From: a virus | Lineage: Duplodnaviria > Caudoviricetes | Virus record (IMG/VR): IMGVR_UViG_3300037424_001819 | Coordinates: 1 to 36,344 of that record | Direction: 5' to 3' (one strand) | Length of the DNA stretch: 36,344 nucleotides | In this document: one piece after another, positions 8,716 through 16,467 of the stretch | How positions within the stretch are numbered: position 1 is the first letter of the stretch | Layout of the letters: every line of letters begins with the position of its first letter | Position numbers and translations under genes: made by a program | The notes under the pieces: model-generated | The model's input: only the letters and a program-made list of their open reading frames with translations | The model's database searches: none | What the model was told of the DNA's origin: nothing

Positions 8716-9472
8716 GGCGATCTTCAACCAAGCCTTCGCCGCGGCCGTCGAGGCGCTGCGGGTCAAGGTCAACGTCCCCACCGCCGCCTGGGACGACTTG
8801 CAGAAGGGGGAGCACGCCGCCGGCTTCATGGTCGCCGGGGCGATGGAGGCCGATCTGCTGGCGGATCTGCGCGCCGCGGTCGATCAGGCGATCAGCCAGG
8901 GAACGACGCTGGAGACGTTCCGCAAGCAGTTTGCCGAGATCGCCGCCCGCTACGGCTGGAGCTACAACGGCTCCGAGGGCTGGCGCAGCGAGGTGATCTA
9001 CGCGACCAATATCCGCACCACCTACCAGGCCGGTCGCTGGGAGCAGTTGACCGACCCGGAGACGCTGCGCTTCTACCCCTACCTGGAATACCGCCGGACC
9101 AGCAGCCTGGAGCCGCGCGCCTCGCACCTGCAGTGGAACGGGATCACCCTGCCGGCGGATCATCCCTGGTGGAAGACCCACTATCCGCCCAACGACTGGG
9201 GCTGCAAGTGCAAGGTGTTCGCCGCCGGGCCGCGCGATCTGGCCCGGGCCGGCAAGAGCGGCCCCGACGAAGCGCCGGAGATTCGCATCGACCCGGCGAC
9301 CGGGGCCCCCGAGGGAATCGGCAAGGGCTGGGACTACAACGTCGGCGAGGCGCGCCAGGCCGTCCTCGAGGAGACCCTGGAGCGGGCGCTCGGCCGGCTG
9401 CCGGAGGAGATGGCCACGGCGATCCGCGCCGAGGTCGAGCGGCGCATCGAGGAGGGGCCGGCCAATGGCTGA
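8705..9472 (+). CDS. Minor head protein (Mu gpF/gp30)
   Basis: IYATNIRTTYQAGRW, HPWWKTHYPPNDWGCKC. Confidence 0.9.
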   Translation: MGIEAIFNQAFAAAVEALRVKVNVPTAAWDDLQKGEHAAGFMVAGAMEADLLADLRAAVDQAISQGTTLETFRKQFAEIAARYGWSYNGSEGWRSEVIYATNIRTTYQAGRWEQLTDPETLRFYPYLEYRRTSSLEPRASHLQWNGITLPADHPWWKTHYPPNDWGCKCKVFAAGPRDLARAGKSGPDEAPEIRIDPATGAPEGIGKGWDYNVGEARQAVLEETLERALGRLPEEMATAIRAEVERRIEEGPANG

Positions 9473-9977
9473 GGCGTTCGCCATCGTTATCGACGACAGC
9501 GAGGTCCGCGCCGCCCTGCAGCGCGCCCTGGCCGCCACCGGCAATTTGTCGCCGGTGATGAAGGCGATCGGCGAGCGGCTGCTGCGCTCGACCGAGGAGC
9601 GCTTCGAGACCGAGACGGCGCCGGACGGCACGGCGTGGAAGCCGCTGCAGCTCGGCAGCCTCTACGGCGGCTTCGGCAAGAAGAAGTTCACCAAGGCGGG
9701 CACCCTGTCCGCCGCTTTCCAGCGCTACCTGGACCGGCGCCAGATCCTGACCCTGTCGGGCGAGCTGCGCGGGTCGATCTTCAGCAAGCCCGGCCGCGAC
9801 CAGGTGGCGGTCGGTACCGGCAAGATCTACGGCGCCATCCAACAGCTCGGCGGCCTGGCCGGCCGGGGGCTCAAGACCACCATCCCGGCCCGGCCCTTCC
9901 TCGGCGTGACCGAGGCCGACCGGAGCGAGATTCTGGAGCTGCTGCGCGAGCATATCGAGCAGGCGATGGCCGGATAG
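9465..9977 (+). CDS. Virion morphogenesis protein (Mu gpG-like)
   Basis: RFETETAPDGTAWKPL, YGAIQQLGG, IPARPFLG. Confidence 0.88.
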   Translation: MAEAFAIVIDDSEVRAALQRALAATGNLSPVMKAIGERLLRSTEERFETETAPDGTAWKPLQLGSLYGGFGKKKFTKAGTLSAAFQRYLDRRQILTLSGELRGSIFSKPGRDQVAVGTGKIYGAIQQLGGLAGRGLKTTIPARPFLGVTEADRSEILELLREHIEQAMAG

Positions 9978-10129
9978 CGATTTCGCCCCTGTGCCACGAT
10001 CGGACGCCCGGACGTACACATCCCGCCATTTTCAGGATGCGTTGAACACAGGGAAATTTAAAGAGGGTTTAAAGACGGTTTTGGCGCGTTTTTTCTTGGT
10101 CGCGGATGGCACTGAAAGGCGGGATTGAG

Positions 10130-10176
10130 TTTTTAAAGTCCTTTAGGGGCTTCGGCCCCCACCTGCATGCTACGGT
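10130..10176 (+). promoter_or_regulatory. Putative Mor/C-activated late promoter (PI-like)
   Basis: Second exact copy of TTTTTAAAGTCCTTT upstream of the protease gene, as for Mu PI. Confidence 0.55.
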
Positions 10177-10211
10177 GCGCCGAACCACTGCACCGTAGCT
10201 AAGGAGACACG

Positions 10212-11255
10212 ATGAAAGTTTTTATCGCCCACATTGACTCACGAAAGCGCTCCGTGATGGCCCTTGCTCTGGCCCTGAACGCCGCCGACCTGCCGGCGGG
10301 CCTGGCGCTGAATTTCGAGTTGACGGCCGACGCCGCGGGGGTGCCGGCCGAGGTGATGCTGATTCCGGCCGGGGCGACCATCCAGGGGCGCGACGGCCGC
10401 ACCTGGCGCAACCCGAACCCGCAGGGAGTGGTCGACTTCTTTGCGCTCAACCGGTCGGACATCCCCTTCGATGTCGAGCACTCCACCCACCACAAGGCGC
10501 CCAACGGCGACCCGGCGCCGGCGGCCGGCTGGGTCAAGGGGCTGAACGTGCGCGCCGACGGCTCGGTCTGGGGCGCGGTCGAATGGACGCCGCGCGGCCT
10601 GGAGCTGGTGCGGAACCGCGAATACCGCTACTACTCGCCGGTGTTCCTCTATGAGACGGAGACACTCATCATCCGGGGCATCGCCTCGGTCGGCCTCACC
10701 AATAAACCCAACCTCGACGTACTGGCCCTCAACCGTGAAGAAAAGGAGTTTGACATGAAATTCCCCAAGCAACTGCTCGACCTCCTCGGCTTGCCCGAGG
10801 ACGCCACCACGGAGCAGGTGGTCGCCGCCTGCCAGAAGATGAAGGCCGACCACGCCACCGCGCTGAACGCAGCGCAAACCCCCTCCTTGGAGAAGTTCGT
10901 CCCCCGCGGCGATTACGACGCGGTCCTGGCCCGGGCGACCAACGCCGAGCAGAGCCTGGCCACGCAGAAGAAAGCCGAGCTGGAGACGGCGATCAACGCC
11001 GAGGTCGACGCGGCCGTCAAAGCCGGCAAGGTCACCCCGGCGACGAAAGACTTCTACGTCGGCATGTGCCGGCAGGCCGATGGGCTGGAGCAGTTCAAAA
11101 AGTTCGCCGCCGCCGCCCCGGTGATCGGCGCACCGTCCGACCTGGACACCAAGAAGTCGCCCGGTAGCGATACGGCGCTGAACGCCGAGCAGAAGACGAT
11201 CGCCGACATGTTCGGCAACTCGGCCGAAGATCTCAAAAAGTACGGCCAGGCGTAA
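10212..11255 (+). CDS. Prohead protease I with in-frame scaffold Z (internal start 10755)
   Basis: DVEH, APAAGW, EYRYYSPVF, GLTNKPNL; internal AAGGAG + ATG at 10755. Confidence 0.9.
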   Translation: MKVFIAHIDSRKRSVMALALALNAADLPAGLALNFELTADAAGVPAEVMLIPAGATIQGRDGRTWRNPNPQGVVDFFALNRSDIPFDVEHSTHHKAPNGDPAPAAGWVKGLNVRADGSVWGAVEWTPRGLELVRNREYRYYSPVFLYETETLIIRGIASVGLTNKPNLDVLALNREEKEFDMKFPKQLLDLLGLPEDATTEQVVAACQKMKADHATALNAAQTPSLEKFVPRGDYDAVLARATNAEQSLATQKKAELETAINAEVDAAVKAGKVTPATKDFYVGMCRQADGLEQFKKFAAAAPVIGAPSDLDTKKSPGSDTALNAEQKTIADMFGNSAEDLKKYGQA

Positions 11256-11289
11256 GCCGGCCGCCACCCCTGCAGAGGAGAGTTGATCC

Positions 11290-12342
11290 ATGACCGCATT
11301 GAGCAAGGACCGCAACACCCAGCGCAAGGACGGCGAGCAGATCCCCGCCCCCGTCAAGGGCTCTACCGTCGTTTACGGCGGCAGCCTGACCGCTGTCAAC
11401 GCCGCCGGCTACCTCGTCCCCGGCGCCGACACCGCCGGCCTGATTTTCCACGGCATCGCCGACGACCGCGGCGACAACAGCGCCGGCGCCGACGGGGCGG
11501 TGGTCATCCGGGTAACCCGCCGGGGGCTCTTCCGTTTCGCCAGCGCCTCGGCGCTCACCCGGGCCAACGTCGGCGACAACGTTTTTCTCAAGGACGACCA
11601 GACCGTCGCCCTGACCGCCGACGTCGCCCAGAAGATTTTCTGCGGCATCATCGCCGAGGTCGAGGGGGCTAACGACTGCTGGGTCGACATCGAGCCGGCC
11701 ATCGAGCAGGCCGACGTCGCCACCCACATCGCCGACACCTCCGCCGCCCACTCGGCGAGCGCGATCAGCATCGCCGATGCCGGCGAGTTCACCGCCGAGA
11801 CCGAGGTTGAGGGTGCCCTGGCCGAGGTTTATCAGGACCTTCTGAGCGCCCAGGCGACCATCCCGATCGCTCTGGGCGCGATCACCCAGGAAGACGGCAC
11901 CGCCCTGCTCAAGCAGGCGACCACCGTCGCCGGCTTCGCGCAGCTCGCCGACAAGGAAACCGTGATCCACATCCCGGTCAACTGCAGCGCCGGCGAGAGC
12001 CTCGGCTTCAGTGTCCCCGTCCCGCAGGATCTGGACGACACCGCCGACATCAGCGTCCACGTCCTGGTTGGCAAGAATGCCGACAACGACGCGCTGACGA
12101 TCGACTGCGAGGTCTACCCCTGCGCCCCCGGCGACGTCGCCAACGCCGACATCCAGGACACCGCCGCGCAGGCGATCACCCAGGCGGCCGTCGAGCGGGT
12201 CTTCACCTGCGGGGCCGACGGCGTTCTGGCCGCTCCGGGCACACTGTCGGTGGTTCTCGCCCTGGGCGGGGTCAACGACGGCGATGCCGTGTACCTCTAC
12301 GGCGCCTGGGTCGAGTACAAGCGGAAGATACTGACCGCGTAA
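11290..12342 (+). CDS. Capsid cement/decoration protein with long C-terminal extension
   Basis: MTALSKDRNT...DNSAGADG...DDQTVA Mu-like cement domain, between I and T, plus about 220 extra aa. Confidence 0.7.
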   Translation: MTALSKDRNTQRKDGEQIPAPVKGSTVVYGGSLTAVNAAGYLVPGADTAGLIFHGIADDRGDNSAGADGAVVIRVTRRGLFRFASASALTRANVGDNVFLKDDQTVALTADVAQKIFCGIIAEVEGANDCWVDIEPAIEQADVATHIADTSAAHSASAISIADAGEFTAETEVEGALAEVYQDLLSAQATIPIALGAITQEDGTALLKQATTVAGFAQLADKETVIHIPVNCSAGESLGFSVPVPQDLDDTADISVHVLVGKNADNDALTIDCEVYPCAPGDVANADIQDTAAQAITQAAVERVFTCGADGVLAAPGTLSVVLALGGVNDGDAVYLYGAWVEYKRKILTA

Positions 12343-12347
12343 CAGCC

Positions 12348-12371
12348 GGGCGAGGCATGCCTCGCCCCTAC
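12348..12371 (-). repeat. GTAG-type REP element
   Basis: GTAG foot + palindrome GGGCGAGGCATGCCTCGCCC. Confidence 0.7.
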
Positions 12372-12402
12372 GCTAACCATTTTAACGGAGGTTAAACACG
12401 CT

Positions 12403-13464
12403 ATGAAACGCGCCCTTTTTACCTGCGGCACCTGGTTGCTGCTCCTGGCCCTCGTCCTGATCGCCTTCCCGGTGGTCAGCCTGGCCGACACCCCGGCCCT
12501 CGGGCTGGACGCCGGCCTGCCGCTGCTGCTCGGCTTCGGCGGGCTGATCGTCAACAAGGCCAACCTGGAAGCGGTATTCCTCAACCTCAAAACCACCTTC
12601 AACAAGGCCTTCGATGCCGCTCCGTCGATCTGGCAGCAGACCACCATGCTGGTCCCCTCCGGATCGAGCCAGAATAATTACAACTGGCTTTCGCGCTTCC
12701 CGAAGATGCGCAAGTGGCTGGGCGACAAGGTCGTCAAGTCGCTGTCGGCCTTCAAGTACACCATCGAAAACGAGGACTTCGAGGCGACCGTCGAGGTCGA
12801 CCGCAACGACATCGAGGACGACACTCTCGGCATTTACGGCCCGATGGCGCAGGAAGCCGGCTTCTCGTCGAAGCAGCTCCCTGACGAGATCGACGCCGAC
12901 ATGAAAAACGCCGCCTTCGCCAGCCTGTGCTACGACGGTCAGTATTTCTACGACACCGACCACCCGGTCGGCGATGGTAACGGCGGCGAGACCAGCGTCA
13001 GCAACAAGGGAACGGCGGTCCTCTCCAACGCCAGCACTGCCGCCATCATCGCCTGCTACGGTGCCGCCCGCACTGCCATCATGTCGTTTACGGATGATGA
13101 GGGTCGGCCGCTCGGCCTGATCCCCGCCGTGCTGGAGGTCGGCCCGGCGCTGGAGGCCATGGCCCGCCTGTGCGTCGAGGCGGACAAGCTGGCCGACAAC
13201 GCGCCGAACCCGTACAAGGGGACGGCCAAGGTGATCGTTAACCCGCGTATCACCAGCACCACCCAATGGATGCTGCACGTCACCAACCGGCCGCTTAGAC
13301 CCTTCCTCTACCAGGAGCGCAAGAAGCCGGTCTTCGTTTCCCAGACCGACATGAACGCCGACGACGTGTTCATGCGCAAGAAATACAAGTTCGGCGCCGA
13401 AGCCCGCGCCGCCGGCGGCTACGGCCTGTGGCAGCTCTCCTACGGTTCCACCGGCCTCGGTTAA
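12403..13464 (+). CDS. Major capsid protein (Mu gpT family) with hydrophobic N-terminal leader
   Basis: YNWLSRFPKMRKWLG, FEATVEVDRNDIEDD, CYDGQYFYDTDHPV, GYGLWQ. Confidence 0.93.
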   Translation: MKRALFTCGTWLLLLALVLIAFPVVSLADTPALGLDAGLPLLLGFGGLIVNKANLEAVFLNLKTTFNKAFDAAPSIWQQTTMLVPSGSSQNNYNWLSRFPKMRKWLGDKVVKSLSAFKYTIENEDFEATVEVDRNDIEDDTLGIYGPMAQEAGFSSKQLPDEIDADMKNAAFASLCYDGQYFYDTDHPVGDGNGGETSVSNKGTAVLSNASTAAIIACYGAARTAIMSFTDDEGRPLGLIPAVLEVGPALEAMARLCVEADKLADNAPNPYKGTAKVIVNPRITSTTQWMLHVTNRPLRPFLYQERKKPVFVSQTDMNADDVFMRKKYKFGAEARAAGGYGLWQLSYGSTGLG

Positions 13465-13470
13465 CAACCA

Positions 13471-13525
13471 GTGAGGAGTGAGGGGTGAGGAGTAAAGGCC
13501 TTACCCCTCACGCCTCACGCCTCAC
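13471..13525. repeat. Inverted heptamer-repeat hairpin
   Basis: GTGAGGA/GTGAGGG/GTGAGGA paired with CCCTCAC/GCCTCAC/GCCTCAC. Confidence 0.7.
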
Positions 13526-13535
13526 GGAGAAACCC

Positions 13536-13898
13536 ATGGCAACCATCATCCGCATCACCAGCAAACGCGCCGGCTTCCGGCGCTGCGGCATTGCCCACCC
13601 GGTGACGCCCACCGATTACCCGGTCGACCGCTTCACCGCCGAGCAGATCAAGGGCCTGAAGACCGAGCCGATGCTCAAGGTCGAGATCCTGGAGATCGAG
13701 ACGGAGGAAGAGAAGGCCGAAGCCGAGAAGGCTGCTGCTGAGAAGGCCGCTGCTGAGAAGGCCGAAGCCGAGAAGGCCGAAGCCGAGCAGCCCGAGCCGA
13801 CCGAGCAACCCGCCCCCGTAGGGGCGCAGCATGCTGCGCCCGATTCTGACCAGGCCCCGGTGCACGTCAAGCCGGCCGCGAAGAAAGGCAAGAAGTAA
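13536..13898 (+). CDS. HI1506-like / Mu gp35-like protein with AEKAA repeats
   Basis: IRITSKRAGFRRCGIAHP...EPMLKV. Confidence 0.75.
   Translation: MATIIRITSKRAGFRRCGIAHPVTPTDYPVDRFTAEQIKGLKTEPMLKVEILEIETEEEKAEAEKAAAEKAAAEKAEAEKAEAEQPEPTEQPAPVGAQHAAPDSDQAPVHVKPAAKKGKK
13818..13841 (+). repeat. GTAG-type REP element inside a coding frame
   Basis: GTAGGGGCGCAGCATGCTGCGCCC. Confidence 0.7.
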
Positions 13899-14324
13899 AT
13901 GTACACCACCCTCGCCGCCATCCTGGAGCGCATCCCCGAGGAGACCGTCATCCAGCTGACCGACGATGCCGGCGCCGGCGTGGTCGACCAGACCAAGGTC
14001 GACGCGGCGATCGCGCGGGCCGGTCAGGAGATCGACGCCTGGTGCGGCACCCGATACCGGGTGCCGTTTGACCCGGCGCCGGCGGTGGTCGCCGGGCTGG
14101 CGGCCGACCTGGCCATCTATTATCTGTACGGCCGCACGGTCGAGGAGATCCCCGAGGCGCGCAAAGACGCCCACAAGAACGCCCTGCGCCTGCTGGAGAA
14201 AATCAGCATCGGCCAGGTCAGCCTCGGCATCGACCCGGCGCCGGCGGCCACCAGCGCCAGCGGCGCGGCCGTCGTTTCGGGCAACTCCCGGCAGTTCAGC
14301 CGCGACAAGCTGAGGGACATGTGA
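13899..14324 (+). CDS. Head-tail adaptor (Mu gp36, DUF1320)
   Basis: MYTT...QLTD...EID...RYRVP...LAIYYLY. Confidence 0.85.
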   Translation: MYTTLAAILERIPEETVIQLTDDAGAGVVDQTKVDAAIARAGQEIDAWCGTRYRVPFDPAPAVVAGLAADLAIYYLYGRTVEEIPEARKDAHKNALRLLEKISIGQVSLGIDPAPAATSASGAAVVSGNSRQFSRDKLRDM

Positions 14325-14743
14325 TGTTCGACGCCATCGAAGACGGCCTCATCACCGCCATCAAGGCGGGCGTCCCCGTCCTGAAAACGGTCGAAACCTA
14401 CGCCGGCCAGCTGGAGGCCGACATCAAGACCCTGCCCACCCGCTGCCCGGCGGTTTACGTCATGTTCAGCGGCTTCGCCACCGCGTTCGACGAGTACGGC
14501 GCCAAGACCTTCAAGCCGCGCTTCACCGTCCTGGTCGCCAGTAAGGATCTGCGCGGCCAGAAGCAGGCCCGCCGCAAGGAGGGCGGCGCCTACGACATCA
14601 TCCTGGCCCTGTTGGCGCTCCTCGAGGATGAAACCCTGGAGCTGGCGATCGAGCCGCTCTCGGTCCAGTCCTGCAGCCAGGTGTTCGTTTCCGGCTCCCT
14701 GGCCGTCTACGGCCTCGAATACCAGACCGACTATCAATCGTAA
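14324..14743 (+). CDS. Tail terminator/completion protein (Mu gp37-like)
   Basis: VETYAGQL, PAVYV, GAY motifs; synteny. Confidence 0.75.
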   Translation: MFDAIEDGLITAIKAGVPVLKTVETYAGQLEADIKTLPTRCPAVYVMFSGFATAFDEYGAKTFKPRFTVLVASKDLRGQKQARRKEGGAYDIILALLALLEDETLELAIEPLSVQSCSQVFVSGSLAVYGLEYQTDYQS

Positions 14744-14747
14744 CGAC

Positions 14748-14772
14748 GTAGGGGCGCCCCTCGCGGGTGTCC
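14748..14772 (+). repeat. Degenerate GTAG-type REP element
   Basis: GTAGGGGCGCCCCTCGCGGGTGTCC. Confidence 0.5.
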
Positions 14773-14784
14773 AAGGAGATCATC

Positions 14785-15807
14785 ATGAGCAAGGCAAAGG
14801 ACGGATTGTTGTACATGGAGGACGGCAGCACCCCGGCCGGCTACACCCTGATGGAGGACAGCGGCGATCACCAGACGTTCGGCGTGGCCGATGTCGAGGT
14901 TTTCAGCGGCGATCCCGAAGCCGAAGTGCGCCCGAACGGCGTGGTCACCGGCCGCAACCTGGTGAGCCCCGCCGTCAGCGGCAGCAACAACCTGGTCGAC
15001 GTGGCCGCTTTCACCGCCTGGCTGGTCGGGGTCGATGAGGCGGTGGCGGCCGACGCCGACGTGGCCATCACCCGCCCGGCCACCAACGTGGCCAAGGTCT
15101 GCAGCGTGACCCTCGATGCCGCCGGCGATATCGTGGTGGTCGCCGGTACCGACAGCGCCGACGCCAATTTCAGCGGCACCCGCGGCGCCGCCGGCGGCCC
15201 GCCGCTGATCCCGGTCGGCTCCATCGAGCTGGCACAGGTGCGGCTGACCACCTCGGCCGCGGCGGCGATCGCCGCCGGCGAGATTTTCCAGGGCGGCGAG
15301 TACACCGAGCGGGCGATCAGCCCGACGCCGGAGGTGGACCCGACCGGCCGCGGCGACTGGGCGGACGATGCCGCCACCGTCCGCGCCCATGTGCGCTTCG
15401 CCTCGGCGCTGCCGGCGATCCACACCGGCAACACCACCAAGCGGGTGTACGTCAATTATGCGGCGCCGATCTTCGGCGAGGTGTCCCGCTCGGCGGATTT
15501 CACCCCGGCCGAGGAGAGCTACAGCACCTCGACCAGCGAGCACTACGGCGGGGCCGACAACACCGAGTCGACCAGCCTCGGCCAGGCGGGCTTTACCGCC
15601 AAGCTGGCGACCGGCGTCGACGATGCGGTCATCGGCGCCAAGGGGACGATCCGCACCTTCAAGTTCCTCCCCGACAAAAACAAGGCCGCCAAGATCCTGG
15701 TGACCCAGGGGCGGGTGGCCACCGCGCGCACCTTCGCCGTGGCCGGGCAGAAGCAGGCCAAGGTCACCATCTCGGCGACCAAGGCGACGGTGGAGTATTT
15801 CGCGTAA
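14785..15807 (+). CDS. Putative major tail tube protein
   Basis: RBS AAGGAG; lies between terminator and chaperone/tape measure; beta-rich; no sheath gene present. Confidence 0.6.
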   Translation: MSKAKDGLLYMEDGSTPAGYTLMEDSGDHQTFGVADVEVFSGDPEAEVRPNGVVTGRNLVSPAVSGSNNLVDVAAFTAWLVGVDEAVAADADVAITRPATNVAKVCSVTLDAAGDIVVVAGTDSADANFSGTRGAAGGPPLIPVGSIELAQVRLTTSAAAAIAAGEIFQGGEYTERAISPTPEVDPTGRGDWADDAATVRAHVRFASALPAIHTGNTTKRVYVNYAAPIFGEVSRSADFTPAEESYSTSTSEHYGGADNTESTSLGQAGFTAKLATGVDDAVIGAKGTIRTFKFLPDKNKAAKILVTQGRVATARTFAVAGQKQAKVTISATKATVEYFA

Positions 15808-15816
15808 ACCATCAAT

Positions 15817-15840
15817 GTAGGGGCACGGCATGCCGTGCCC
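15817..15840 (+). repeat. GTAG-type REP element
   Basis: GTAGGGGCACGGCATGCCGTGCCC. Confidence 0.7.
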
Positions 15841-15870
15841 CCCTTCCATTCGGGCATCCAGGAGGAAAGA

Positions 15871-16329
15871 GTGGCATTCGACCTGAAAAAATACACCGCG
15901 GCCCGCTGGGCCGATCGCACCGAAGAGATCCCCGTCCCCGACCTGGCCGCATTTTTCGGCGAGGGGGAGCCGGCGGTCATCGTCGTGCGCGCCCTGGACG
16001 GCGAGGAGCTGGCCCGGGCCAACGCGGCGGCCGAGAATGCCCGACGGGCGCTGGCGGTGGCCGAGGGGCTGGCGGCCGGCAGCGAGGAGATCGCCGAAGG
16101 CATCCGCAACCTGCTGGGGATGGGCGAGGACGCGCCGAGCGATTACGCCCGGCGCCTGGCGATCCTGGAGCAGGGCGCCGTCGAGCCGCGCTTCGACCGG
16201 GCGGCCGCCCTCGCCCTGGCGCGCAACCATGGCGCGATATTTTACCTGCTGACACAGAAGATCATCGGCCTGACCGGGCTGGGGCGGCAGCCGGGAAAGC
16301 CCGGCGGCTCTGGGCCGACCTCCGGGTAA
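15871..16329 (+). CDS. Tail assembly chaperone (G-like); -1 frameshift product extends to 16478
   Basis: GGAGG + GTG; G GGA AAG at 16293-16299; -1 frame open to TAA 16476-16478. Confidence 0.8.
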   Translation: MAFDLKKYTAARWADRTEEIPVPDLAAFFGEGEPAVIVVRALDGEELARANAAAENARRALAVAEGLAAGSEEIAEGIRNLLGMGEDAPSDYARRLAILEQGAVEPRFDRAAALALARNHGAIFYLLTQKIIGLTGLGRQPGKPGGSGPTSG

Positions 16330-16467
16330 GAGCCGCCCTCGCCCTGGCCCACAAACACCACTGGCGGCTGCCCGAGCTGCTGCCCGACCTGCTGCCCCAG
16401 GGACTTTCCGACACCGAGCTGGAACTCTGGGACTTCTTTTTAGCCGAGCTGAAGGAATCCGCCACAG

